The translations under genes and the position numbers were made by a program. The notes under the pieces were generated by a model. It made no database searches. It was not told the origin of the DNA and saw only the letters and a list, made by a program, of their open reading frames with translations. Below, piece by piece: positions 8,671 to 18,834 of a stretch of DNA of 64,000 nucleotides. Location of the stretch: assembly GCA_965222115.1 (NCBI GenBank), contig CBDCTJ010000007.1, positions 64,001 through 128,000 of the forward strand, in the 5' to 3' direction. The stretch is from Planctomycetota bacterium (GTDB lineage Bacteria; Planctomycetota; PLA2; JAEUHO01). The stretch's first letter is position 1. Every line of letters begins with the position of its first letter.

Positions 8671-10497
8671 GTGCAAGATCCGCTCACAAGCATTGCCGCC
8701 ATCCTCGCGCTGGGCGCCGCCGCCCAGTGGCTGGCGTGGCGGTTGCGGCTGCCCGGCATTCTCCTGCTGCTCATCTTTGGCTTCTTTTCGGGGACTGAAT
8801 GGCTCGGCCTGGTCGATCCCGAGGCACTACTCGGCGAGACGCTGCATCCGTTCATTGGCGCCTCCGTGGCCATCATCCTGTTCGAAGGTGGGCTCACGCT
8901 TCACTTTCGCGAGCTGAAAGACTATGGCGCCGTTGTTTGGCGCCTCTGCAGCATTGGCGCATTGGTTACGTGGGCGGGCTGCGCGTTGGCCGCGCGCTTT
9001 CTCGTTGGCATGTCGTGGGAAATCTCGATCTTACTTGGTGCGATTCTGATTGTGTCGGGTCCCACAGTCGTGCTGCCCATTCTCCGACAGATCAATGTCA
9101 AGGGCGCAGCGGGCGCCGTTCTTAAGTGGGAAGGCATCGCCATCGATCCAGTGGGAGCGGTATTGGCCGTGCTCACATTCGAAGGATTGTCGGAGGCAAG
9201 CCTCGGCGACGCAGCGGGCCATGGCGTCATTGGCATCGGCCGTACGATTGCCGTTGGGGCAATCCTTGGTGTGTTTGGTGGCTGGTTATTGATGCGCTCC
9301 ATCGAACGATACTGGATTCCCGATCATCTCGACAATCCCATTGCACTGGCGTTGACCGTGGTCGTATTCGCGGTGTCCAACTACTTCCAACACGAAAGCG
9401 GACTCCTGGCCGTCACGGTCATGGGCATCTTCGCTGCCAATCAGTCCAAAGTCAGCGTCAAACACATTCTGGAATTTAAAGAAAACGTTCGCGTTTTGCT
9501 CATTTCGAGCCTGTTTATCCTGCTCGCAGCCAACCTGAAACGAGCCGATATTGCATTGCTCAATGGCCGTCACTTGGCATTCTTGGCAGTGATCATACTC
9601 GTTGTGCGCCCCCTTGCCGTGTTGGCATCCACATGGCGCACGCCCATGACAACGAAGGATCGACTCTTCTTGGCATGGCTGTGTCCACGCGGAATCGTTG
9701 CGGCGGCCGTCGCGTCGATTTTCGCCACCGAACTCTTGAGCGCCGCCAATCCCTATGACGACGCCAAGCTGCTTGTGCCCATGACCTTCTTGGTCATCGT
9801 TGGCACAGTTGTGATTTACGGACTCACGTCAGGTCTCGTTGCGCGCAAACTTGGACTCGCTGTAAAGAACCCGCAGGGAATCCTCATGGTAGGTGCCCAC
9901 GAGTGGGCGCGGGAATTGGCACTTGCCGTGCGCGGTACAGGCGTTGACGTTGTGCTGGCAGACACAAACCGGGAGCGTGTCGCTGCCGCTCGATTGGCAG
10001 GGCTGGCTGCGTTTCATGCCAATGTTCTTGAATCGCACATGGAAGAAACACTGCCCATTCAATCCATGGGGCGCGTCTTTGCGCTCACGCCCAATGATGA
10101 AGTGAACACGCTCATCTCCATGCACTTCAGTCATGAGTTTGGTCGTGCCGAGACGTATCAGCTTGCTCGCGACGCCTCGACCAAGGACGAGGGATCCTCG
10201 CACCTTCGAGGGCGCATTCTCTTCGACGAGGAGGCCGACTATTTCGAGATCAGCCGTCGCATAAGGGACAAGCATCGCATCGTGGCGACCAAGCTCTCAG
10301 ACCAGTTCAGCTTCTCCGATTTTCTAGAGCACCATGGCGAGCAAGCTCTGCCCCTGCTGGCGATTTCCGAGGGTGGCATCGTGGACGTGTTCACCTCCAA
10401 CAGCAAAGCCAACCCACAGGCACGGCACACCATCGTCGCCGTTGTGCCGCAACGGGCGGATTCGGCGAGCAACGGGAGCGTCGAGGACGCCAATTAG
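8671..10497 (+). CDS. CPA1/NhaP-type cation:proton antiporter with C-terminal Rossmann-like (TrkA-N) domain
   Basis: Many TM helices; ILFEGGLTL, VSGPTVV, LKWEGIAIDPVGA, PRGIVAAAVAS; C-terminal ILMVGAH..ALTPNDEVN. GTG start at 8671 with GGAGA RBS; the longer ORF from 8269 overlaps xth. Confidence 0.9.
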   Translation: MQDPLTSIAAILALGAAAQWLAWRLRLPGILLLLIFGFFSGTEWLGLVDPEALLGETLHPFIGASVAIILFEGGLTLHFRELKDYGAVVWRLCSIGALVTWAGCALAARFLVGMSWEISILLGAILIVSGPTVVLPILRQINVKGAAGAVLKWEGIAIDPVGAVLAVLTFEGLSEASLGDAAGHGVIGIGRTIAVGAILGVFGGWLLMRSIERYWIPDHLDNPIALALTVVVFAVSNYFQHESGLLAVTVMGIFAANQSKVSVKHILEFKENVRVLLISSLFILLAANLKRADIALLNGRHLAFLAVIILVVRPLAVLASTWRTPMTTKDRLFLAWLCPRGIVAAAVASIFATELLSAANPYDDAKLLVPMTFLVIVGTVVIYGLTSGLVARKLGLAVKNPQGILMVGAHEWARELALAVRGTGVDVVLADTNRERVAAARLAGLAAFHANVLESHMEETLPIQSMGRVFALTPNDEVNTLISMHFSHEFGRAETYQLARDASTKDEGSSHLRGRILFDEEADYFEISRRIRDKHRIVATKLSDQFSFSDFLEHHGEQALPLLAISEGGIVDVFTSNSKANPQARHTIVAVVPQRADSASNGSVEDAN

Positions 10498-10614
10498 TGG
10501 CCCCCAGGACGAAATCTCCAGCGCGTGTTTGGCGGTGCTGGACCCGTCGACGGTGCCCGCTACCTTGACCGACGCACGGCCACGCGCCGCCGCAGTGGCC
10601 CACGGAGCACGCCC

Positions 10615-11772
10615 ATGAGCACCGACACCAAGGTGTTGTTTGAAATCACGGAGAAGCACCTCAATACGGGGCTGCGCGGTTATCCGGTAGGGACTTGCCG
10701 CACCAGCCGCGTGGACCCAGAGCTTGGGGTCACATACGTGGGCTACACGTTGGGCACACTCAAAGATCGCCCCGCCGAAGACGTCATCTATTTGCTGCTC
10801 AACAAAGAACTTCCGAACGACGAGCAAGCGGAAGCGTTGCGCAACGACATGGCCAAGCGACGCGCGATCGATCCGGCGGTGTTTCACGCGTTGAAAGCGC
10901 TGCCCAAAGAAGGCCATCCCATGGAGTGGCTCATCACGGGCCTTTCATTGCTGGGTATGACGGGCAAAACGGGCGACTACAAGGAAGACTCGCTCAATCT
11001 CATTGCACGTATTAGCACCCTCATTGCTTCGATCTATCGCATTCGCGAGGGACTTGGCGATCCCATTGCGCCCGACAGTTCCCTGAGTTTCCACGACAAC
11101 TTCGTTCACATGCTTGGCATTGACGAGGCATCGCCCCAGTTGGCCGAACTCTTCCGCATCTTCTACATTCTTCACATGGACCACGGCGGAGGCAACCTCT
11201 CCACATTTACCGGCAAGGCCATCGCCTCGGGCAAGGCCGACATGTACAGTTCCATTGCCGGCGCCATGGCGGCGCTTTATGGCCCGCGTCACGGCCGTGC
11301 CAATCAAGAGTGCCTTAAATTTGTAAAATCCATCGGTGCTACCGACAAGAAGGAAATCGAAGCGCAGGTGCGCAAGATCCTGGCCGACGGCGGATTGGTC
11401 TACGGCTTCGGCCACGCGGTGTTGCGGCGTGAAGACCCGCGCGCAGCGATTCAATACGCGTTCGGCAAACGGCACTTTGCCGACAATGAACTCTTCCAAA
11501 CGGCCCACGCCCTGCGTGAGGTCGTTCCGACGATTCTCAAAGAGAACCCGAAGATCAAGAATCCCTATCCGAACGTCGATGCCATTTCGGGCACACTGCT
11601 TACGGCAGCGGGTTTCAACAAGCCCGACTACTACACGTTGCTCTTCGGCTGGTCGCGCGTCGCGGGCATTGCGTGCCAAATCGTTGACGAGCGCACGTTC
11701 CCGGGAAAGAAGGACGGACTCGCGATTTATCGACCCAAGTACATCGCTGCCGACCAACCCAGCCGCAACTGA
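10615..11772 (+). CDS. gltA: Citrate (Si)-synthase
   Basis: LHMDHGGGNLST, LYGPRHGRANQE, GFGHAVLRREDPR, PYPNVDAISG. ATG at 10615 with GGAG upstream. Confidence 0.9.
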   Translation: MSTDTKVLFEITEKHLNTGLRGYPVGTCRTSRVDPELGVTYVGYTLGTLKDRPAEDVIYLLLNKELPNDEQAEALRNDMAKRRAIDPAVFHALKALPKEGHPMEWLITGLSLLGMTGKTGDYKEDSLNLIARISTLIASIYRIREGLGDPIAPDSSLSFHDNFVHMLGIDEASPQLAELFRIFYILHMDHGGGNLSTFTGKAIASGKADMYSSIAGAMAALYGPRHGRANQECLKFVKSIGATDKKEIEAQVRKILADGGLVYGFGHAVLRREDPRAAIQYAFGKRHFADNELFQTAHALREVVPTILKENPKIKNPYPNVDAISGTLLTAAGFNKPDYYTLLFGWSRVAGIACQIVDERTFPGKKDGLAIYRPKYIAADQPSRN

Positions 11773-11870
11773 TCTCCTAATCTCAACGCCGCAAGCCGCA
11801 AGTAACAGGTCGATCCCGCGGAATCCTGCGCCCTTGACAGAACCGCGCTCTGCGTGCGCAATGGAGGCAC

Positions 11871-13787
11871 ATGAGGGCCGCCAACCAGTTACGGATCGAG
11901 CCGCGCACCGCCCTCCAGATTCGTCATTGCGCCATGGGGTTGTTCGAGCTCTTTCTCTTCGCGGGCTACGGGGCATTGCTTGAATACTTCGGCGCCTTTG
12001 CACCACACGACACCGTTGATTTGCTGCTCGCGTCGGCCATCGTTTGCCAACTCTTGGTCATGCGCGGCATGGTCGTGAGTGGCTGGATGCCCATCTCGGG
12101 GTGGATTGCCAAACAGGTGCGTGGCATCGGTCGGCGACTGCATCACATGTTGGCACCGCGCTACACGCTTGCGTTTCGTCGCAGCGCGCAGCACCCCACG
12201 GGGCACGATTCAATTCTGCTTGTGCCCATCGTCGTGTTGTGTGTATTGGCGTGCATCGCCATCGGTATGGGGCACGCACTGTTTCCCGCGCTCCTGAAGA
12301 TCAAAGCGATCGCGGGATACATTCCCTACATCGCGCTGCTACTCGCGTTGTGGTCGTTGTTGGGCATTGTGATTGCCTTTGGTATGGTGTCGGCGGCGCA
12401 ATGGATCCAAGACATGCAGCGTCGGCATCGACGCGAAGGCCTTTTGTTCCTTGTGAGCAGTGGCGTGTGGGTGGGCGGCCTGCTCGCGATGGCTTTGCTG
12501 CCTGGCATCGTACCGGTGCTCGCCATCGCCTACATCGGTACGCGACGCGCCTTGGCGATAGGCCGAGGAAATCACGAAACGTATTACTTCTGCCGCCGCG
12601 GCAAACAAGGTCAAGCGCGCTACATTCCGGTTCGCGCGTATTTGCGTCGGCGACTGCTGGCGGCCACGGCCTTTCTCGTATGGGTAACGGCACTGGGCCA
12701 AAGCGGACGCCTCTGGGATGCCGCGTGGCCCGAGCAACCGTTTGCATTCACCACGTGGCTGGCCCTATTGGCTTCGTTGTGTGGCCTCGTATTGCTGGAA
12801 CACGCGGGCGTTCATTTCAGGCGCATGGTCGGACGAGGCGCGCCCCTCCCGGAAGTGCCCCTCGTGCCCACACTTTGGATTCGATCGACCTCACCCACCA
12901 CCCAGACCGTACACGATGACACCACCACGTTTTGGCGGGATACCGCAACGCGCGAGGGGTGGCATGTCGTGGATGCGCAGAGCGCCCCGCGTACCGGTTT
13001 CGATCTCATGGTGGGCGATCCCAATCATCCGCAGCGACTTGAGCCGCGCGGTATTGAGGGCATTCAAGATCCGTTTGCGGTCGAGCTGTCGCCCGCGGAT
13101 GCAGCGTTTCGATTGACGCGCCGGTTTCATGTGACCAAGCGACGCATGTTCTTTCGGCGCTTGAAGACGCTCTTCAAGGCACTTCGTCATTGCGATCGCT
13201 CGGAGGGCACGGGGTTTCTATTCTGCCCCCACGTGTGGTTGATTCCCGGTGTCACGCGCGATGCCGATCCACGTAGCACCTCAACAAGTGGTCCCCAACT
13301 GCATGGGCCGCTCTATGCGGATGTGTTCAGTCATCGTATCCGGCGGTACGTGGGCGCCATGTTGCGCGACATGGATATCGACGTGATCTTCTGGGAAGAC
13401 GCCGTCGGTTTTGCCGACGTACGCCGCGTATTGCGCGTCATGTTTGAGAACCACGATCAGTCGCGAACGCCCGCGCGCGCAAGTCAGTTCGCCGGTATTC
13501 CCCGCGTACGCGTATTGATTCAATCGGAGATCGCAGACTTCAGCGCGCCCACGGACGACGTCACATCGTCGGTCGAGGACACGTCGTTTGAAGAAGCAAT
13601 GGACCATCCGACGCATCCAACGTCCATTGACGATTCGCCGCAGGGCTCTCCAGGGAGTACGACGGATACCGACGGGGCGGTCCACACCCGTCTACTCATG
13701 ATTCTGCGCGACCGCGGCGGCGAAGACGAGACCACGCCGGTGACGCCCGTCGATCACGGGCTCCGGAGTCCCGTGCTGTCGAGCTAG
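11871..13787 (+). CDS. Hypothetical multi-pass membrane protein with a soluble C-terminal domain
   Basis: GGAGG RBS; about 7-8 hydrophobic segments in the first 320 aa; soluble C-domain with GFLFCPHVWLIPGVTRD and DIDVIFWED. Confidence 0.7.
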   Translation: MRAANQLRIEPRTALQIRHCAMGLFELFLFAGYGALLEYFGAFAPHDTVDLLLASAIVCQLLVMRGMVVSGWMPISGWIAKQVRGIGRRLHHMLAPRYTLAFRRSAQHPTGHDSILLVPIVVLCVLACIAIGMGHALFPALLKIKAIAGYIPYIALLLALWSLLGIVIAFGMVSAAQWIQDMQRRHRREGLLFLVSSGVWVGGLLAMALLPGIVPVLAIAYIGTRRALAIGRGNHETYYFCRRGKQGQARYIPVRAYLRRRLLAATAFLVWVTALGQSGRLWDAAWPEQPFAFTTWLALLASLCGLVLLEHAGVHFRRMVGRGAPLPEVPLVPTLWIRSTSPTTQTVHDDTTTFWRDTATREGWHVVDAQSAPRTGFDLMVGDPNHPQRLEPRGIEGIQDPFAVELSPADAAFRLTRRFHVTKRRMFFRRLKTLFKALRHCDRSEGTGFLFCPHVWLIPGVTRDADPRSTSTSGPQLHGPLYADVFSHRIRRYVGAMLRDMDIDVIFWEDAVGFADVRRVLRVMFENHDQSRTPARASQFAGIPRVRVLIQSEIADFSAPTDDVTSSVEDTSFEEAMDHPTHPTSIDDSPQGSPGSTTDTDGAVHTRLLMILRDRGGEDETTPVTPVDHGLRSPVLSS

Positions 13788-13868
13788 CTGGGCGCGATGT
13801 GCCGTCTCGCGTGAGGCACACTTCGAAGCGCATGATGCGTTGATTCGCTTGCTGTGAGGGTGCTCGCC

Positions 13869-13890
13869 AGGGGGCCTCTGCTGCCCCTTT
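13869..13890 (+). terminator. Possible weak intrinsic terminator
   Basis: GGGGC-7nt-GCCCC followed by TTT, downstream of the 11871 CDS. Confidence 0.3.
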
Positions 13891-13918
13891 CGGTAAGCTA
13901 GTCGTGGAGGTCCACTCG

Positions 13919-15541
13919 ATGTATCAACGAATCCAATTGAGCCTGCGCGGCTTGGCCCACGGCGCGGTGCTGGCGCTTACGATTCTGACCATGCCCACGC
14001 TCACGTTGGCAGACGAAGAAGGTAAAGCGCCCGTCGCAGAGAAGCCACCCGTTGCCGAGAAGAAGGCAGCAACGCGCACGATCATGCTTCCACGCGAAGC
14101 ATTCAGCATCGACCTGCCGGGAACTTGGAACTTCAATCAGTACGGTGAATCTGTATTTTCCGCAACACGGGGTGATGCTCAGATTTGGATTTACGAAAGC
14201 GATGACGACACCCGCGCTGAAAAGCAAATGGAACGATTCGTCTCGCGCCTCAATTCGGCGCGCGATCAAGAAGGCCCGCCGCTGGAGGCATCTCGTTTTC
14301 GCGCCGCGGGTGCCGAGCTTGCGTTGCAGGTGTGGTACGACGAATCCAAAGAGACGCGGGTTATGGCCGTACTGAAACGCATCGATGGCAACGCCTACCA
14401 TGTAGAAGGGCGCGTTCCGGCCGGCAACAAGAGCGTTACCGCCGACGTGCGAGCGATGATTTCGTCGATCAACCTAACGCCCTACGTCAACCCCTCACGG
14501 CACGTGGACTGGAAAGACGGCTGGACGATGGATGTGCCGGTCGAGTGGCAAATCGACGCCTCGGAAGATGACACGGCCAAATTCACGTCCCCCAAGGAAG
14601 GGCAGTGCACCATTCGCGTGTTTCCCATCGAGAGTGGCGGGGTCGGTGAAACGCCGGAAGAAATCGAAGCGCGCGCTGCCAAGATTATCGACGACGCCGT
14701 GGCTCGCTTATTGAAACGATCTATCACCATCGTGCGTGAAGGAGACCTTAAGCGCGGCGTGCAGAAGATGACGCATGGACCCGCGGGGTCGGTCCTTAGC
14801 GCCACGTACGTCGGAAGCGGCAATTTCAAGGGTAAGGTCGCGCTTAGTTTCGAGTGTGTCGTGATCGATGGCGCTGGGGCACTCACGGCAAGAGACACGA
14901 GACACAAGAACATTGCCGAGACCGCGCGCGCCATCACCCGCACACTTCGACGCGGTACGCATCCCGGCAAACGGGTTGATCTGGCCGCGCAGAGACGCGT
15001 TACGAAGTTCCCCGCCGCGTACGGTCCCGCGCTGCGCTTTGTGTTGCCCGATCGATGGAGTTTTACGCCACCCGCCAACAAGATGCGTTTGGCGCAGATT
15101 CAGATTCCCGGTCAACCGGCGCTTTGGGGAACGGCCTATTGGTTTGGCAAGGGCCAGGGCGGAGACAAGGACGCCAATATGGCGCGCTGGAAAAAGCAGA
15201 TCGGTGGCGACAACGCGCAGCACAACGAGTCCACACTTCAAATCGGGAACGGCATTGTGGCCCACACGCTCGTAGGTACGGGTACGTACCAAGCTGCCGT
15301 ACGACCCGGCGCCAAAGAACGTGAAAACAAACCCGATCATCGCATGGTGACAAGCTTCATCGAGTGCCCCAACGGACCCATCATGATTAAGTTCGTTGGC
15401 CCGACGCGCGTGGTTGCAGCCATGGAAGCCAACTACGAAGCATGGCTACGCTCATTTACAGTCGCTGACGCGTCGGCGGCGAAGAAGAATGAAGTGAAGA
15501 ACGCCCCGCCGAAGAAAGAGACAAGCGGCGCGTCAAAGTAG
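13919..15541 (+). CDS. Exported hypothetical protein with three tandem PsbP/Mog1-like modules
   Basis: GGAGG RBS; signal peptide ending TLTLA-DE; three module openers FSIDLPGTW, WTMDVPVEW, LRFVLPDRW; last module has MRLAQ..FGKGQGG..ANMARW..IKFVGP. Fold call is inference. Confidence 0.7.
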   Translation: MYQRIQLSLRGLAHGAVLALTILTMPTLTLADEEGKAPVAEKPPVAEKKAATRTIMLPREAFSIDLPGTWNFNQYGESVFSATRGDAQIWIYESDDDTRAEKQMERFVSRLNSARDQEGPPLEASRFRAAGAELALQVWYDESKETRVMAVLKRIDGNAYHVEGRVPAGNKSVTADVRAMISSINLTPYVNPSRHVDWKDGWTMDVPVEWQIDASEDDTAKFTSPKEGQCTIRVFPIESGGVGETPEEIEARAAKIIDDAVARLLKRSITIVREGDLKRGVQKMTHGPAGSVLSATYVGSGNFKGKVALSFECVVIDGAGALTARDTRHKNIAETARAITRTLRRGTHPGKRVDLAAQRRVTKFPAAYGPALRFVLPDRWSFTPPANKMRLAQIQIPGQPALWGTAYWFGKGQGGDKDANMARWKKQIGGDNAQHNESTLQIGNGIVAHTLVGTGTYQAAVRPGAKERENKPDHRMVTSFIECPNGPIMIKFVGPTRVVAAMEANYEAWLRSFTVADASAAKKNEVKNAPPKKETSGASK

Positions 15542-15584
15542 TTGGCCCGGCGATGTAGTTGGCCCGGCATGGGACTGACGGCAC

Positions 15585-17129
15585 CTACGTCGGCACACGC
15601 ACTTCCCGTGATTCACAACCGCGGCGCGCGTGATCGGCCGCCGCCGAAACACCGGTGGGGCTCCACGCCACGGCTTGCACCGCGCCGAAAAAGTAGCCCG
15701 GGGCGTTGCTCTCAACGATATCGGATAGCCCGCTACTGGGATCTAGGCACAGTGTCTCGTAGACGCCGCGAATGGCCTCAAGCTCATCCACATGCCGGTC
15801 AAACGTCTCAACATGCAGCACACCATCTTCCACGTGAAGCCGTGGTCGGGCCACGCTCTCGTGTAGAGAGGTGGCCTCGCGCAACGTGTGATCTAGCACC
15901 TGCATGATTGCCGTACGAATGCGCTTGCTACCTGCCGCGCCAAGCGCAATGCGGCGACCGTCATCACAGGCGGCAATTAGCGGGCACGTCGACGTCATCA
16001 TGCGTTCGCCGGGCGTGTGGGGTTGCTCGGGATCGTAGATGTCATCTTCGCCCATGAAGTTGTTGAGATGAATGCCCGTACTGCCTGCCATCACACCCGA
16101 TCCTTCTCCCAGCGTCGTGGTGTAAGCAACCACATTGCCTTTGCTGTCGGCGGTAGAGCAATGCAGCGTTGAACCGCCGGGCGAACTGGCCACGACCCCT
16201 TCGAGAAACTCGTCATCGAAGAGCTTGCGCTCGTATTTGTCGGTGCGCAGTGACTCGCCACGCAACATGGCGTCGATCAGTACACGATGACGTCGCGCGT
16301 CGGCGTGGGAGATGCTCGTAGGCAAGGCCGCCAGGATATGCATGGATCGCGCCAATAGGCCGCTCGTAAGGCATGGCGCCCGCGGGCAGAAGATGGTGGC
16401 ATCACGGAAGGGAAACGCGAGCGCCGCCGTTTCGCGCACGCGGTAGCTCGACAAGTCGTCTTGCGTAATGCCGCCTGCGGTGGCCTCGGTCATTGCCCGC
16501 GCCGCGGCCCCTTCATAAAACGCGCCAGGCCCCTCGTGTGCCAACGCATCCAGGAGGTCGCCGAGAGCCTGATGACGATAGATCTCACCCACTTCCAACA
16601 GTCGATCGTCCACCGAGATCGTTTTCCACGTTGCGTCACTTAGCGCAAAGATGGGCTTGAGGAGCCGAATGGCGCGGCGCATATTGGTGCTGACTTCCAC
16701 ACCCTCACGGGCGGCTCGAATCGCGGGCGCCATGAGTTCCTTCATGGGCATCGACGCGTAACGCTCGTGAATGTGAAAGAGTCCGGCTACGGTCCCCGGC
16801 ACAGCACACGACCCGCTACCTGCGAAAAAGTCCTGTGCCACGCCGTCAAAGACCACTTCAACGGGTTGCATGGAGGGACGATTGCCCGTGCGACCGATTC
16901 CTGGCAACGTGGAAAAGAAGTCGATCACACGCGGCGAACCGCCATGCCAGATCGTCATGAGTCCTGCGCCGCCTACACCGGTCATGGTGGGCGCTGAGAA
17001 GCAGGCCATCCATGCAGCGGCAATGGCGGCATCGACAGCCGTGCCGCCGGCTTCCAAGATGTCGGCACCCGCACGCGTACTGTGCGGATCACCGGATGCG
17101 CACGCTGCCTCGTTCATGGTGATCGTCAA
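15585..17129 (-). CDS. Gamma-glutamyltransferase family protein (cytoplasmic, no signal peptide)
   Basis: AGADILEAGGTAVDAAIAA, TGVGGAG, AVPGTVAGL, FYEG; autoprocessing Thr in GSTLHCSTADSKGN; LNNFMGE; GAAGSKRI. Alternative ATG at 17117. Confidence 0.88.
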   Translation of the reverse strand: MTITMNEAACASGDPHSTRAGADILEAGGTAVDAAIAAAWMACFSAPTMTGVGGAGLMTIWHGGSPRVIDFFSTLPGIGRTGNRPSMQPVEVVFDGVAQDFFAGSGSCAVPGTVAGLFHIHERYASMPMKELMAPAIRAAREGVEVSTNMRRAIRLLKPIFALSDATWKTISVDDRLLEVGEIYRHQALGDLLDALAHEGPGAFYEGAAARAMTEATAGGITQDDLSSYRVRETAALAFPFRDATIFCPRAPCLTSGLLARSMHILAALPTSISHADARRHRVLIDAMLRGESLRTDKYERKLFDDEFLEGVVASSPGGSTLHCSTADSKGNVVAYTTTLGEGSGVMAGSTGIHLNNFMGEDDIYDPEQPHTPGERMMTSTCPLIAACDDGRRIALGAAGSKRIRTAIMQVLDHTLREATSLHESVARPRLHVEDGVLHVETFDRHVDELEAIRGVYETLCLDPSSGLSDIVESNAPGYFFGAVQAVAWSPTGVSAAADHARRGCESREVRVPT

Positions 17130-17148
17130 CCTCGTAGTTGGGTGATGG

Positions 17149-17355
17149 CTACACCCGCGGACGCTCGTCGGTGAGGGCGAGGTTGTTCACGGCTTGCCAA
17201 AGCGCCGCCAGAGCCTCTCGCACGTTGGCATCCACATGGGGAGCAAGATTCTCGCGCGCAAGCATAGCCTTAAGCGATTCGTAGATTGTCAGGAGCGCCC
17301 TCTCATCGTCGGTTAACCGCGTTCCCAAAACATCGGTGCCGGGTTCGTTGCTCAT
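17149..17355 (-). CDS. Small helical hypothetical protein coupled to the CoA ligase
   Basis: 68 aa; starts 2 nt after the ligase stop with a GGAG RBS; motif NVREALAALWQAVNNL. Confidence 0.7.
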   Translation of the reverse strand: MSNEPGTDVLGTRLTDDERALLTIYESLKAMLARENLAPHVDANVREALAALWQAVNNLALTDERPRV

Positions 17356-17357
17356 CG

Positions 17358-18698
17358 TTACGCTCCCTTGATCTTTCGCTCGTCCAAGACGCGCTTGGCC
17401 TTGAGTTCGAAACGCGGCAAGGCGTTGGCTTCAACCCGTTCCACGTGAATGCCTAAGCCTTCGGTGCTTTCGCTGAGGTCGGCGCGCAGGTGGTCGCGTA
17501 CACCGTCCCACTGATCTTCGTAGCCCGGACGCACTTCGCAACGCACCGCGATCTCATCGCGGATACCGTCCTTGGTCCAGAGGTAGATCTGAAACTCGTC
17601 CACCGCCGGGTACTCACGCACAATGGCTTCTACGGCGCGGGGATAAATGTTGGTGCCGCGCACCAGCAACATGTCGTCCACCCGTCCGCGAATGCCGCCT
17701 TCATAGAGATCCCACGTGCGGCCGCAATCGGAATGGGTGTGGGGCACCTTGATCACGAGGTCGCGCGTGCGGTAACGAATCAAAGGAATCGCTGTGCGGC
17801 CAAACGAAGTAACGACGCGCTCCCCCCGCTCGCCGTAGGGCACCTCTTCGCCGGTCTCGGGATTGATCACTTCTTCAATGTAGTGATCTTCAATGATGTG
17901 ACAGCCACCGGGCTGATTCCACGACTCAAACATCATGATGGTGCCGAGTTCGGTCATGCCCGCGGTGTCGGCCGCCTTGGCGCCCCACTGTTCTTCGATC
18001 ATGCGCTTGGACGCCGGAATCGAACCCGCGGGTTCACCCGAGAGAATCAAGCGCGACACCGCGCTTCCGGGTAGGTCGATGCCCAAGTTCTGCGCTTCTT
18101 GCGCAAGCCGAAGCGCATACGTGGGCGTTGCGCAGACCACCGTGGCATCCATTTTGTCAATGAGTTCGACGCGCCCCGCGGTCGTCATGTTGCCGGACGG
18201 AAGGACGAGGCAACCCATCTTTTCGCAAGCGTAGTGCGCGCCCCAGAACCCAATAAACGTGCCATAGCTAAACGCAAAGAACACGCGATCGTTGGGACGG
18301 ATGCCAAAGCCGTGAAAGCCATAACACCAACACTCGGCAATCCACTTCCAGTCGGTGCGCGAATCGAGCACGCGCAAGGGTGTGCGACCGGTTGTGCCCG
18401 ACGTGGTGTGATAGCGAATCGCTTCTTCGACGGGGCGAATCAACATGGAGCCAAACGGCGGCTGCTCGTCTTGGGCGGCCATCCACGCATCGCGGGTGGT
18501 AAACGGAAGACGCTTGAGATCGTCGTAGCCCTTGATGTCGTCGGGTTTCACGCCCGCCTGAGTCATGAGGTCGCGATGAAAGGCGCTCTCACCGAATGCT
18601 CGCTCGACCACACCTTTCAATCGATGCCCCTGAAGGCGCCGCAGATCTTCACGCGGCATGGTCTCGGTCTTGGGATTCCAATAAGGACTGACGGCCAT
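17358..18698 (-). CDS. Phenylacetate-CoA ligase (PaaK)-family adenylating enzyme
   Basis: YWNPKTETMPRE, P-loop TTSGTTGRTP, ATPTYAL, SGEPAGS, GMTELG, PLIRYRTRD, GRVDDMLLVRGTNIYP, ELKAKRV. GAGGAGG RBS before ATG 18698. Confidence 0.9.
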   Translation of the reverse strand: MAVSPYWNPKTETMPREDLRRLQGHRLKGVVERAFGESAFHRDLMTQAGVKPDDIKGYDDLKRLPFTTRDAWMAAQDEQPPFGSMLIRPVEEAIRYHTTSGTTGRTPLRVLDSRTDWKWIAECWCYGFHGFGIRPNDRVFFAFSYGTFIGFWGAHYACEKMGCLVLPSGNMTTAGRVELIDKMDATVVCATPTYALRLAQEAQNLGIDLPGSAVSRLILSGEPAGSIPASKRMIEEQWGAKAADTAGMTELGTIMMFESWNQPGGCHIIEDHYIEEVINPETGEEVPYGERGERVVTSFGRTAIPLIRYRTRDLVIKVPHTHSDCGRTWDLYEGGIRGRVDDMLLVRGTNIYPRAVEAIVREYPAVDEFQIYLWTKDGIRDEIAVRCEVRPGYEDQWDGVRDHLRADLSESTEGLGIHVERVEANALPRFELKAKRVLDERKIKGA

Positions 18699-18834
18699 TG
18701 ACGACCTCCTCATCGTGGGGGCGGACGCGCAAGCCTACCCCTCCCCCCTCCGCCGTCAATCGGTGCCAGGAACCGTGGGGCAACGATGCCGCGTACGACA
18801 ACATCGGACTATCTTTGCGGTCGAGGAGTACGCC

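Noticed and set aside
8269-8676. Apparent 400-bp overlap of xth and the antiporter
   Set aside because: An artefact of longest-ORF starts. The likely starts (8532 and 8671) leave a normal divergent gap. The same applies to rsmD/pdxJ, dapA/hsp20 and ridA/29015.
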